The notes beneath the pieces were generated by a model, which was not told the DNA's origin, ran no database searches, and saw only the letters and a program-made list of their open reading frames with translations. Position numbers and translations under genes: made by a program. From positions 64,620-128,619 of the forward strand of contig JBGTHM010000115.1 in the NCBI GenBank assembly GCA_041746255.1: DNA of 64,000 nt, given 5' to 3'. Position 1 is the stretch's first letter; every line of letters starts with the position of its first letter. Shown here in pieces: positions 9,613 through 19,423 of the stretch. The stretch is from Fibrobacteria bacterium. Lineage in GTDB: Bacteria; Fibrobacterota; Fibrobacteria; UBA11236.

Positions 9613-10386
9613 ATGACGCGCTTCAGGCCCTGCATCGATATCCATGAAGGCAAGGTGAAACAAATCGTGGGCGGCAGCCTCTCCGATTCGGGCGAGGGTC
9701 TCAAAACCAATTTCGTTTCGGACCAAGACCCGGCCTATTTCGCGGATTTGTACCGTAAAGACGGCCTCACCGGGGGGCATGTCATTCAATTGGGGCCCGG
9801 AAATACCGCGGCATCCCTGCAGGCATTGGCTGCCTATCCCGCAGGAATGCAAATCGGCGGCGGCATCGACCTGGATAACGCGGAAACCTTTTTGCAGGCG
9901 GGAGCCAGCCATGTCATCGTCACGTCCTGGATATTTCCGCAGGGCCGCCTGGATTGGAAGCGCTTGAAGTCACTTACGGGCCGAATTGGCCGGGAACGGC
10001 TGGTGGTCGACTTGAGCTGCCGCAGGGTGGCGGATGGCTGGAACGTAGCCATGAACCGATGGCAGACCGTGACCGACACAGCCCTGAATGCCCAGCTTTT
10101 TGAATCGTTAGCGCCTTTTTGTGACGAGTTTCTGGTGCATGCCGCCGATGTGGAAGGCCATTGCCGGGGTATCGACCTGGCCTTGGTCAGGCATCTCGCC
10201 GAAATCTCTCCCCTACCCGTCACTTATGCCGGAGGCGCGAATTCACTCCAGGATTTGCAAACGGTGGCCACGGAGAGTTCGGGGAAAGTCGACCTATCCA
10301 TCGGCAGCGCCCTGGATATATTCGGAGGAAACCTCATCCGCTACGCGGACTGCGTCGCCTTCAACCCCGGCTCCGCCCTACCGTGA
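9613..10386 (+). CDS. hisA: ProFAR isomerase, eukaryote-like (His6-type) HisA
   Basis: N-terminus FRPCIDIHEGKVKQIVGGSL, plus GGHVIQLG, HAADVEG and IGSALDIFGG. Confidence 0.9.
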   Translation: MTRFRPCIDIHEGKVKQIVGGSLSDSGEGLKTNFVSDQDPAYFADLYRKDGLTGGHVIQLGPGNTAASLQALAAYPAGMQIGGGIDLDNAETFLQAGASHVIVTSWIFPQGRLDWKRLKSLTGRIGRERLVVDLSCRRVADGWNVAMNRWQTVTDTALNAQLFESLAPFCDEFLVHAADVEGHCRGIDLALVRHLAEISPLPVTYAGGANSLQDLQTVATESSGKVDLSIGSALDIFGGNLIRYADCVAFNPGSALP

Positions 10387-11258
10387 CATTTCTGTTACCC
10401 CAGCGCCAGCCGGTGTATTCCGGCGGGAACCGCGCCAAGACCATGGACTATTCCCTGGTCCTCTCTTCGGAAGGGTTCCGCCATTGGATTGAGTTCGACG
10501 GGCAAGACTACCACTTATTGGTGGAGGAACAGGCGCTTGGTCAGGCCCAGGAGGTCTTGAACACCTATAATCGGGAAAACGAAGACTTCAACCAACCGGA
10601 AGAGGCCCCTCTGGCTCTGGACCTGTACCTTTCACCGCTAGCCATATTGCTGGTTCCCACCTTCGTTTATTTCGCGGTAGGCTATAGCGATGCGCCCGTA
10701 TGGTTGCAAAGACGAGGGATGGCGGATAGTCTCGCAATTCTGGCCGGCGAGTGGTGGCGAACCCTGACGGCATTGACACTGCATGCCGACCACGCGCATT
10801 TTTTCGGAAACCTGGTATCGGGCTATTTCATTCTCAACCTGCTCAACCACCGATTGCGCCTGGGCTCCATGCTTTTAGGCCTGACCCTGATTTCCGCAGC
10901 CACCAATGGGCTGGTGGCTTGGTATGCCCACTCGCCCCATTTATCCTTGGGATTCTCCACCTTCGTCTTTGCCGCCCTGGGTCTTTTAGCGGCCGTGGAA
11001 ACGCGCCATTGGCGTACCATGCCTTTAAAAAACCTGAGACAGGTCACACCGCTACTGTCGGCCTTTTTCCTGGCGGTGATGATGGGACTGGGAGAGCGCG
11101 CGGATGTGCGGGCCCACTTTTTCGGATTTTTCCTGGGTATGTTCGCGGGATTGATCTTCTACCGCAAGGAAGTGACTTTTCCCCCCTGGATGCAGGGAGC
11201 GATGCTGATACTGGGTTATTCCCTTTATGGGCTGGCCTGGTTTCTGGCCCTCGCATAA
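10383..11258 (+). CDS. Rhomboid-family intramembrane serine protease
   Basis: EWWRTLTALTLHADHAH, GFS catalytic Ser and AHFFGF His. Start is GTG 10383 (overlapping the hisA stop) or ATG 10443; the ORF-track extension to 10161 is not credible. Confidence 0.85.
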   Translation: MTFLLPQRQPVYSGGNRAKTMDYSLVLSSEGFRHWIEFDGQDYHLLVEEQALGQAQEVLNTYNRENEDFNQPEEAPLALDLYLSPLAILLVPTFVYFAVGYSDAPVWLQRRGMADSLAILAGEWWRTLTALTLHADHAHFFGNLVSGYFILNLLNHRLRLGSMLLGLTLISAATNGLVAWYAHSPHLSLGFSTFVFAALGLLAAVETRHWRTMPLKNLRQVTPLLSAFFLAVMMGLGERADVRAHFFGFFLGMFAGLIFYRKEVTFPPWMQGAMLILGYSLYGLAWFLALA

Positions 11259-11264
11259 ACCGCC

Positions 11265-12305
11265 CTATTCGGGTAGGTGCGTGGGTAGGAGAACATGGTC
11301 GACCTTGAAAATCTTGGCGAATAGTGCGACCCGCATCCACATTCCGTTTCGCTCCTGACGCCAGTATTTCGCGCGAGGGTCTTCATCGATGGCCGGATCG
11401 ATTTCGTCGCGGCGCGGAAGCGGGTGCATGATGACACCATCTTGCTTGAGCATGGACAGCTCTTTAAGCCCGAACCGGAAGCGGCTGAAATCCGTCTCCC
11501 GGGATTCACCCTCCAAGTCGTGTTCATCCTGGATACGGGTAACATATACCGCATCGAGGTCGGGAAGCGCCTCGTGCAAATTCTCGGTTTCGAAAAAATT
11601 CACGTTATGGAGTTGGAGATGATCCTTGATGTCTTGCTCCATCCGAAAGCCCGGAGGCGCGATGAACACCAGTTTGACGTCCCGGTAATTCTTCATGAGG
11701 TAACTTAAGGACCGGACGGTTCTACCTCGCTTCAAATCGCCCATCATGCCGATGGTTTTACCATCAATCCCGCCGCGATGTTTGAAACTGCGCATGAGGG
11801 TGTAGATATCGAGCAAGGCCTGGGTGGGATGCTGGTCCTTGCCGCTTCCCGCATTGATGATGGGCACCCGTCTTTGCACATGATCGAAGAGGTCCGCGGC
11901 TGCCTGGGTCCTACCTTCCACCTGGGTGCGCATGACCACCACATCCACATAAGAGCTGAAAGTGCGAATGCTGTCGAGAAAGCTCTCTCCTTTCACCTCC
12001 GAAGAGGTGGCGGGATCGCGGATTTCGCTGGTTTGCATGCCCAAAACCTGACAGGCATTATTGAAGGAAAGAAAGGTCCGGGTCGAAGGCTGGGTGAAAT
12101 ACAGCATGGCCCGTTTGTCGGCCAGTAGCGTTCGCAGGAACATCAGTCCCTCCCGCTGCTTGGCGAACCTTCGGATGGCGGTGGTCAACGAACACAACTC
12201 ATCCAGCAAGGGCCGGGTGAATTGCTGGGTTTTCAGGACATGAAAAAGTTCGGAAGGATTGGCAGGATGGGAAGGGTCGGTAGGGTCGGCTTTGGCTTGG
12301 GTCAT
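11265..12305 (-). CDS. pyrB: Aspartate carbamoyltransferase catalytic subunit
   Basis: FxQPSTRT, NAGSG-x2-QHPTQALLD, GDLK, TRIQ and MHPLPR. Confidence 0.93.
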   Translation of the reverse strand: MTQAKADPTDPSHPANPSELFHVLKTQQFTRPLLDELCSLTTAIRRFAKQREGLMFLRTLLADKRAMLYFTQPSTRTFLSFNNACQVLGMQTSEIRDPATSSEVKGESFLDSIRTFSSYVDVVVMRTQVEGRTQAAADLFDHVQRRVPIINAGSGKDQHPTQALLDIYTLMRSFKHRGGIDGKTIGMMGDLKRGRTVRSLSYLMKNYRDVKLVFIAPPGFRMEQDIKDHLQLHNVNFFETENLHEALPDLDAVYVTRIQDEHDLEGESRETDFSRFRFGLKELSMLKQDGVIMHPLPRRDEIDPAIDEDPRAKYWRQERNGMWMRVALFAKIFKVDHVLLPTHLPE

Positions 12306-12330
12306 ATCGACCCTGGAAAATAATTACAAA

Positions 12331-13851
12331 TCAGATCTTTTCCAGCATCCCCAGATTCAGCTTGGAAAAACTTTTGCCGTCATAGGTTATTTGCACCGCC
12401 ATTTCGCTATTTCCGTCCACTTCCACGGTTTCCAGGTGGACCGGGCGGTCCCACAAATATTGGATTTGCCGCATTACCTGGCGGGAACTGTCTTCGTCCA
12501 ACGACATCCCTTCATAATAATGCTTGAGGTAAAGCTCACTTTTTCCGCCATAATCGCCGTCTTCCACCTTAATCAAGGGGATGCCGGAATGGGCGAAGGA
12601 GCGGACAATGGTGTCTTTAATCGACCTCCAATCGGTTTCCTCCACCACAAACTCCTCCACATTGCCCCGGTTCTTGGACTGGTAAATATACAGTTGGGCG
12701 TCTTCAACCACCTCTTTGTTCATGAACTCGTCCAGAAAAAACCAATCCATATGGGTCCGGCGCACTTCAAACACTTTTTCCAGGCCTTTGCCCACTTTGA
12801 GGTCGATGTCCCATTTGTCCGGCGATTCGTCGCGTTCCCATTCGGGCCCGAATTGTCCGGTGTTATAGCGTTTCTCGATATTCAAAAAGGTTTTGATTCC
12901 CAATAAATACGGGTTCATCCCGAAGGGATTGCTGGCCAAGACCCGGGAATTGTACAGATTGTAAAAACCGTGCTCTTCCTCGCTTAAAAAACCGTCTTGA
13001 AAGAGACGGGACATGATGCGCATATGCCAGAAAGAGGCCCATCCCTCGTTCATCACCTTGGTTCGGCGTTGCGGCATGAAGTATCGGGATTGTTCCCGGA
13101 TGACGCTGAGAATATCCAACTCCCACTCGTCGAATTTACGCGGGGAGTGGCGCATGACGAATTCCATCAAATCGGTTTGCGGTTCAGCGGGGATTTTCTT
13201 CTTGGCCTGTTTGATCTCCTGTCGCTTCTCCTCGAAGGTTTTTACGTTTTTCTGTTTCTCAAAATCGAACATGTCCCCGTATTTTGCCGTTTTCTCTTTG
13301 GGACGAATCAGGGGTTCGGCCTTCTTCTCTTCGCGCGCCGACCTATCCGCGCCGAGAAAATCGGTGTCGACGTTCATCTGGATGGACTGGGCGGCGTCGA
13401 TAAGCTTTTCCACCTCGTTAATGCCGTAAGCTTCCTCGTATTTGCGCATACGGGAAGCCGATTCGCTGGCGGAAGTCACCATATCCTTGCGGGTAGGAAC
13501 GAAATGCACGTTGTTTTTCATGAAATCGTTATGGCCGTAAACATGCGCCATCACCAGGACCTGGATAGGATACGGATTGTTGCGCATCAAAAAGGCCCGG
13601 GAAGGGTTTGAGTTGAGCACCACTTCATAGGGAATGCCGCCGGAATATTCGTATTGCGTGCGCTGCTTTTCGAAATCGCGCCCGAAGGACCAATGGGAAT
13701 AGTTGACGGGCAGATTATAGGACATGATTTCCAGCATTTTCTGGGCGGGAATCACGTCGAATTCCTGGGGATAGCAATCCAACCCGTATTCGCTTACGAT
13801 TTTCTGGATATGATTGTCCGCTCTCACGAGCCGCTTCAAGTCGTTTTTCAT
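12331..13851 (-). CDS. spoVR: SpoVR/YcgB family protein
   Basis: YSHWSFG, YEVVLNSNP, AHVYGHNDF and TKVMNEGWASFWH; follows yeaH and prkA. ATG 13851 has AGGTG upstream. Confidence 0.92.
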   Translation of the reverse strand: MKNDLKRLVRADNHIQKIVSEYGLDCYPQEFDVIPAQKMLEIMSYNLPVNYSHWSFGRDFEKQRTQYEYSGGIPYEVVLNSNPSRAFLMRNNPYPIQVLVMAHVYGHNDFMKNNVHFVPTRKDMVTSASESASRMRKYEEAYGINEVEKLIDAAQSIQMNVDTDFLGADRSAREEKKAEPLIRPKEKTAKYGDMFDFEKQKNVKTFEEKRQEIKQAKKKIPAEPQTDLMEFVMRHSPRKFDEWELDILSVIREQSRYFMPQRRTKVMNEGWASFWHMRIMSRLFQDGFLSEEEHGFYNLYNSRVLASNPFGMNPYLLGIKTFLNIEKRYNTGQFGPEWERDESPDKWDIDLKVGKGLEKVFEVRRTHMDWFFLDEFMNKEVVEDAQLYIYQSKNRGNVEEFVVEETDWRSIKDTIVRSFAHSGIPLIKVEDGDYGGKSELYLKHYYEGMSLDEDSSRQVMRQIQYLWDRPVHLETVEVDGNSEMAVQITYDGKSFSKLNLGMLEKI

Positions 13852-13884
13852 AGTCACCTATCCCCATCCCATGATGGGATTATT

Positions 13885-15246
13885 CTAATGCTTTTTCTCT
13901 CTTGAGAAAAAAACTTTGAGCGCCGGATAGACATGGGTTTTATTCTTGACCACCACTCCCGCCAAGGGCAGGTCTTGCCGCTGCGCCAGATAATATTCGA
14001 AATCGGAATCGCGATACGAAGTATACCGTTCCAGATTGAAGGTTTCTTCGAAACTTTTCATCAATTGTTGGCCATAGGCGACCTCGGTACGGATTTCTCC
14101 ATAGCCCAGCATATTGACCCTTTTTTCCAATAGCTTGCGGGCCGCATGCATGGTTTTGCCCGGATCCCAATCCTCGCCGTCGGAGAAATGGAAAGCGTAA
14201 ATATTCCAATGACTGGGCGGGTATTCGTTGTCTATGAGCTGCGTGGCCATTTCATAGGCCGAAGCGCAAACCGTACCGCCGGATTCGCCTTTATGAAAGA
14301 ACTCGTCTTCGTCCACCAGCTTGGCTTCGGAGGTGTGCGCGATGAAACGGATTTCCACCTTCCGGTATTTATGCTTCAAAAATTGAACCATCCAGAAGAA
14401 AAAACTGCGGGCCAAATACTTTTTGGTGGTGGACATCGAACCCGATACGTCCATCATGGCCAGGATCACGGCATTGCTTTGGGTTTCCACATCCTCTTTG
14501 AGAACGCGGAAGCGCAAATCGTTTTTATTGATGAAGGGCTTCAGCTGGTCGGATTCCTCCGCCAGCTCCGATTCGTCTTGCAGTTTTCTGAGAAGTTCCA
14601 ATGCCTTGATATAATCGCCACGCATCTTATTCAGGGCCTTGGTGCACAAATCAACCGGCTTTCCGCTTTCCTGCACCAATTGCGCGAGGGTTCCGGAACT
14701 TTTTTTAATGGCCTCGCGTACCGTTCTTTTCTTGTCGAGATTCGCTTTGATGCCGGTACGTTCGATGTTCTCGAAATTCCATCCGGAGGGAACCAGGGTT
14801 TCCGCGATGTCTTTGCGGCGTAAATCGGGAAGCTGCAAATCGTCGAGCATCATGGAAATCAGTTCTTCGATATCCACCTCGGTTTCGAGATAATCGCTAC
14901 CGGGGCCTTCGCCCGCCTTGCCGCCTTTTCCGGGCCCCTGTCCTTCTCCCTGTCCGGGAATGGGCCGCCTTCCGATTACGTCGCCTTTGCCTTGTTTCCC
15001 ATGCCCGAGACCGTATTGTCCCCCGCCCTCGCCGGATCCTTTGCGGCGGCCATATTTGAATTCATAGGATTTGACCCCGCGGATGGGAATCTTGACGGTT
15101 TGGCCTTTGCGCTTCGTGATGATGGATTCTTCCGAAATCACATCCGCGATATTTTCGCGTATGCTTTCGCGGACTTTGCCCTGATGCCTGGCGACATCCT
15201 CCTGTCCGCGTTTCGAAAAGTCCCAGTCCACTTCCCTGACGGTCAT
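13885..15246 (-). CDS. yeaH: YeaH/YhbH (DUF444) family vWA protein
   Basis: MMDVSGSM, ESGGTVCASAY, WNIYAFHFSDGE and a Gly-rich linker. Confidence 0.92.
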   Translation of the reverse strand: MTVREVDWDFSKRGQEDVARHQGKVRESIRENIADVISEESIITKRKGQTVKIPIRGVKSYEFKYGRRKGSGEGGGQYGLGHGKQGKGDVIGRRPIPGQGEGQGPGKGGKAGEGPGSDYLETEVDIEELISMMLDDLQLPDLRRKDIAETLVPSGWNFENIERTGIKANLDKKRTVREAIKKSSGTLAQLVQESGKPVDLCTKALNKMRGDYIKALELLRKLQDESELAEESDQLKPFINKNDLRFRVLKEDVETQSNAVILAMMDVSGSMSTTKKYLARSFFFWMVQFLKHKYRKVEIRFIAHTSEAKLVDEDEFFHKGESGGTVCASAYEMATQLIDNEYPPSHWNIYAFHFSDGEDWDPGKTMHAARKLLEKRVNMLGYGEIRTEVAYGQQLMKSFEETFNLERYTSYRDSDFEYYLAQRQDLPLAGVVVKNKTHVYPALKVFFSREKKH

Positions 15247-15293
15247 GCTATCGCCTCCCGGAGCGTTCGCGCCTTGACGCGAACGCCTTTAAC

Positions 15294-17270
15294 CTATTCT
15301 TCTTTGCGCAGCACTTCGCCCACGTATTGCAGCAATTGCTCGGCGTTCCGCTCCGAATAACCCTTCGATTTAAGCGCGTCGATGGCGTCTTGCCGCCGCT
15401 TCATGGCCTTGGGATCCTTTTTGTTGGGATCGGCTATGGTCAAGCTCACCACGTTTTTCAAATCGGCCATCAGCTTGCGTTCGATGGCTTCGTGCAGCGG
15501 CTGGTAAGATTTGAAATCGAAATCCTTGCCTTGATCCAAAGCATCCGATTTGAAAACGAAAATCCCCTGACGGAATTCCCGCTTGGCGTTGTCGGAGACG
15601 CCTATCATCTCTTCGATGCTGCGCAGCAGTTTTTCGTCGGGCTCGTGTTCTTCGCCGGTAACCGGATCGGTGATTTTCTTCTTGAGGCAATACGACGTGG
15701 TGTTCTTGATGTAATTGTCGAACAAGGCCTGCGCCTGGTCCTCGTAGGCGAAAAGGAAGGCCCGATTGACCTCCTTCTTGGCGATTTCGCGATACTCCGC
15801 GTTCACGCTGCCCTTATCGGCCATAAGCAGACGCAGATAACGTTCTTCCTCCTCTTCGGAAAATCCGATATGGTGGCCGAAATTGTGGCGCATGGCCCTG
15901 AGCAAATCGAGCGGGTTGATGCTGCCGTCCTTTTCCTTTTCGGACAGGGCGACGTTAATGGCGTTGACCACGAAACGGGGTGAAATTCCCGACATGCCTT
16001 CGCCTTTTTTCTTGCCTTCGAGGCGCAGCGACTTCAAGTCCACCGGGTCTTTTTCCTGCTCCATCACGGACTCGCCATTGTAATACTTCATCTTTTTGAT
16101 GAGGTCGGGGCAGAGATTCGATTCGACCAGCCGGGTCAGCACCGCGAACATGGCGGCCACTTCCAAAGTATAAGGGGCGATATCCATATGCGAGAATTGC
16201 GAACTGGCAATCATCTTCTTATAGATTTTCACTTCGTCTTCTACCCGCAGGCAATACGGAACGTAAATGGGATACATGCGGTCGTGCAAGGCTTCGTTTT
16301 CCTTGTTCGACTTGAACTTTTCGAATTCGGTCTGGTTGGTATGCGATAGAATGACCACGTCCGTATAGATTTGCGGAAAGCCGGGAGCCTTGATTAATTG
16401 CTCTTGCGCCACCGTGATGAGCACATAATGGAATTTGATGTCGCATTTCAGGATTTCGATGTATTCAATCAGACCGCGGTTGCTGATTTCCAATTCGCCG
16501 TCGAGATTATAGGCGCGCGGATCGGTCTCTCCGAATTCGGTGATCTTGGAAAAATCGACATGGCCTATCAATTCGGAGATGTCCTGATTCTTGGGATCGC
16601 TGGGCTGGAAGGTGCCTATGCCCCGGCGGGCGCGCTCGGAAAGCGTGATTTGTTTGACCTTGTACTTCTCCCAGAGCACATTGCCCTTCTCGTCGCGGTA
16701 TTCCGGAGTGTTGATGAGACGGTAACGGCAAATGGGGCACAAGTCGCCGTCGATTTTGGTTTTGAGAACCTCTTCCCATTTGGGACGGTCGGACCGGGGA
16801 ATCAGATGCAGGGGATCCTCGTTCATCGGGCAGCCGTCGATGGCATACATGGGAAGCTTGGCGCTGAATTCTTCCAGGCGGCGTTTGAGCAGGGAGGCGA
16901 TGGAGGATTTTCCGGAGGAAACCGGACCGACCAGGATGAGGATGCGCTTTCCGGTTTCCGTGCGTCGTGCGCCGGCATGGAAAAACTTTACGATATCGTG
17001 GATGGATTCCTCTTCACCGAAAATCTGGCCGTCGAAGAATTTGTAGCGGACCAAATCTTCATATCCGGGAAGTTCATTTCGTGTGGAAGGTGGTTCGGTG
17101 CCTTCCGAAATAATCATGTCATAGATGCGGGAAGGCGCGGACATGGCCAATCCCGGCTTCGCTTGCACAAGCTGGAGGTAATCCAGACAGGTGCCCTGCC
17201 AGGAACTGGCTGATTTTTTCGACCTCGAGCTATCGATTATGGATTGAAAATCTTCGTTTTTATCCGACAT
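15294..17270 (-). CDS. prkA: PrkA/YeaG family AAA+ serine protein kinase
   Basis: GPVSSGKSS, CPMNEDPL, GIGTFQPSDPKNQD and GISPRFV. Start moved to ATG 17270 (GGGAG upstream). Confidence 0.92.
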   Translation of the reverse strand: MSDKNEDFQSIIDSSRSKKSASSWQGTCLDYLQLVQAKPGLAMSAPSRIYDMIISEGTEPPSTRNELPGYEDLVRYKFFDGQIFGEEESIHDIVKFFHAGARRTETGKRILILVGPVSSGKSSIASLLKRRLEEFSAKLPMYAIDGCPMNEDPLHLIPRSDRPKWEEVLKTKIDGDLCPICRYRLINTPEYRDEKGNVLWEKYKVKQITLSERARRGIGTFQPSDPKNQDISELIGHVDFSKITEFGETDPRAYNLDGELEISNRGLIEYIEILKCDIKFHYVLITVAQEQLIKAPGFPQIYTDVVILSHTNQTEFEKFKSNKENEALHDRMYPIYVPYCLRVEDEVKIYKKMIASSQFSHMDIAPYTLEVAAMFAVLTRLVESNLCPDLIKKMKYYNGESVMEQEKDPVDLKSLRLEGKKKGEGMSGISPRFVVNAINVALSEKEKDGSINPLDLLRAMRHNFGHHIGFSEEEEERYLRLLMADKGSVNAEYREIAKKEVNRAFLFAYEDQAQALFDNYIKNTTSYCLKKKITDPVTGEEHEPDEKLLRSIEEMIGVSDNAKREFRQGIFVFKSDALDQGKDFDFKSYQPLHEAIERKLMADLKNVVSLTIADPNKKDPKAMKRRQDAIDALKSKGYSERNAEQLLQYVGEVLRKEE

Positions 17271-17504
17271 ATTATGTCTCCCCTCCCCTGATTGCATCTA
17301 CGCCTGGTCTGGACGGCACCGGATTGCTCCGGGCGGAAATGCCGTCTTTCCCGATTTATGCCTGCGAGTCCTATCCGTTCATATGATATACCACGCAAGC
17401 ACTCGAATTCATCCTTTGTGTTATTTGAACCCAAGAAAAAATCCGGTAATTTTTCTAGCTTCACCCTCTAAAATATCAAATTTGGAACCTGGAGGACAGA
17501 GCTT

Positions 17505-18737
17505 GTGGCCAGAATCAATGCCAATTTTCAAAAACTGAAGGCCGGATACCTTTTCCCGGAAATCGGAAAGCGGGTGCGACAATATCAAGCCTCCCATCCG
17601 GAAGCGCGTATCATCAGGCTGGGAATCGGAGATGTGGTTCTACCCCTTCCCGCGCCAATCATTAAGGCCATGCATGCCGCCGTGGATGAAATGGCAGTGC
17701 GCGATGGTTTTCACGGATACGGCCCTGAACAGGGATATGACTTCCTTTTACAGGCCATTTCCGACCATTATCGTTCCCAGGGGGCGGAAGTCGCTCCGGA
17801 CGAGGTTTTCGTCTCCGACGGTTCCAAATGCGATACCGCCAATATCCAGGAGATTTTCGCCCTGGAAAACACCATTGCCGTCACCGATCCGGTTTATCCG
17901 GTATATGTGGATACCAATGTAATGGCCGGGAGAACGGGAGCCGCCGACGCATCGGGCCGTTACGCCAATTTGGTGTATATGCCGACCACCGCCGAAAACG
18001 GCTTCGTGCCCGAATTGCCCAAAGGCCATGTCGACTTGATTTACCTGTGCTCGCCGAATAATCCTACCGGGTCGGTGATGCCGCGCGAGTCGCTGCAGAA
18101 ATGGGTGGATTTCGCCCGTAAGAGCGGCTCCATCATCCTATTCGACGCCGCGTATGAGGCATTCATTACCGAACCGGGGCAAGTGCATTCCATTTTTGAG
18201 CTGCCGGGAGCGCGGGAAGTCGCTATTGAATTCCGCAGCTTCTCCAAAACCGCCGGGTTTACGGGGACTCGCTGCGCCTATACCGTGGTACCCAAGGAGT
18301 TGAAAGCCCGCAATGACAAGGGGGAGGAAGTAAGCGTGCACGGCCTGTGGAACCGGAGGCAAACTACCAAGTTTAATGGTGTAAGCTATCCCATCCAGAA
18401 AGCGGCCGCAGCGGTTTTCCGGCCGGAGGGCGCGCGGGCGGTGCGGGAGAACATCGACTATTATATGCAAAACGCCGCTATCATCCGCGACGGGCTCGCG
18501 CAACTGGGATTCAAAGTCTACGGCGGGGTCAACGCTCCTTATATCTGGTTGCAGGTGCCTGCCGGCGAAACTTCCTGGGAATTTTTCGACCGCTTGCTGA
18601 GCGAGGCCGAGGTAGTGGGAACGCCCGGGTCTGGTTTCGGAAGCGCCGGAGAAGGTTATTTTCGCCTGAGCGCCTTCGGCTACCGGGAAAATGTGGAGGA
18701 AGCGATAGAACGCATCAAGAACCGCCTGAGAAAATAA
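17505..18737 (+). CDS. dapL: LL-diaminopimelate aminotransferase
   Basis: [28 protein letters not shown] and [16 protein letters not shown] start with GGAGG RBS. Confidence 0.95.
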   Translation: MARINANFQKLKAGYLFPEIGKRVRQYQASHPEARIIRLGIGDVVLPLPAPIIKAMHAAVDEMAVRDGFHGYGPEQGYDFLLQAISDHYRSQGAEVAPDEVFVSDGSKCDTANIQEIFALENTIAVTDPVYPVYVDTNVMAGRTGAADASGRYANLVYMPTTAENGFVPELPKGHVDLIYLCSPNNPTGSVMPRESLQKWVDFARKSGSIILFDAAYEAFITEPGQVHSIFELPGAREVAIEFRSFSKTAGFTGTRCAYTVVPKELKARNDKGEEVSVHGLWNRRQTTKFNGVSYPIQKAAAAVFRPEGARAVRENIDYYMQNAAIIRDGLAQLGFKVYGGVNAPYIWLQVPAGETSWEFFDRLLSEAEVVGTPGSGFGSAGEGYFRLSAFGYRENVEEAIERIKNRLRK

Positions 18738-18888
18738 TTCCACTGTAAAAGACCAGGATTTGGGGTTGTTACACCCCATACTTTCACAGTTATTCGATTA
18801 AAAGCGATGGCGGACTTAGGGAAGACGACTCAGTGAGTTACCTTTGCACATGCGGGGAAACTCTTCAACACCCCCAAGGAGTGTATTT

Positions 18889-19422
18889 ATGGTCAAATAT
18901 GGCCTGATTCTGTCATTTTTTCTGATTCTTTCCACCACGCGCGAGGCGCAGGCACAGGGTAACCTCGGTCTCGGCTTCGTGCTGGGAAACCCGACTGCCC
19001 TGAGCTTGAAATATTGGTTGTCGAAAAACAACACTGCCCTGGATTTCGCGCTAGGCACAGGAGGCTATCGCGGACGTTATTGCCATACCCACAACGGTAA
19101 TACACATTGCCACAGGCGCGGATACGGGTACAACGATTTCCATATCGATGGCAATTACCTGTTCCACTATTTTTTCCGGTCCAGCGAAAAAATCGGGTTT
19201 TTCTACGGACCCGGCATCGCCATTGAAACCGGAAACCATTATTATGACCACCATGAAGATTACGACGGGGACTTCCGGGCGGGTCCGCGCGCTAAATTTG
19301 GCGTAGTCTGGATTCCGAAAGCCGTACCGCTTGACGTCTTTTTGGAATTGGCGCCCACATTCTATGTCATTGGCGGAGGCAATACCGTCCACGGAGGCCT
19401 AGGCGTCCGTTTCTGGTTCTGA
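18889..19422 (+). CDS. Small outer-membrane beta-barrel protein with His/Cys-rich loops
   Basis: AAGGAG RBS before ATG 18889, signal peptide, LGLGFVLGNPTALSLKYW, PLDVFLELAP and C-terminal GLGVRFWF. Confidence 0.75.
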   Translation: MVKYGLILSFFLILSTTREAQAQGNLGLGFVLGNPTALSLKYWLSKNNTALDFALGTGGYRGRYCHTHNGNTHCHRRGYGYNDFHIDGNYLFHYFFRSSEKIGFFYGPGIAIETGNHYYDHHEDYDGDFRAGPRAKFGVVWIPKAVPLDVFLELAPTFYVIGGGNTVHGGLGVRFWF

Positions 19423-19423
19423 T

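Noticed and set aside
12331..17270. Sporulation locus
   Set aside because: prkA-yeaH-spoVR is a widespread stress module in non-sporulating bacteria.
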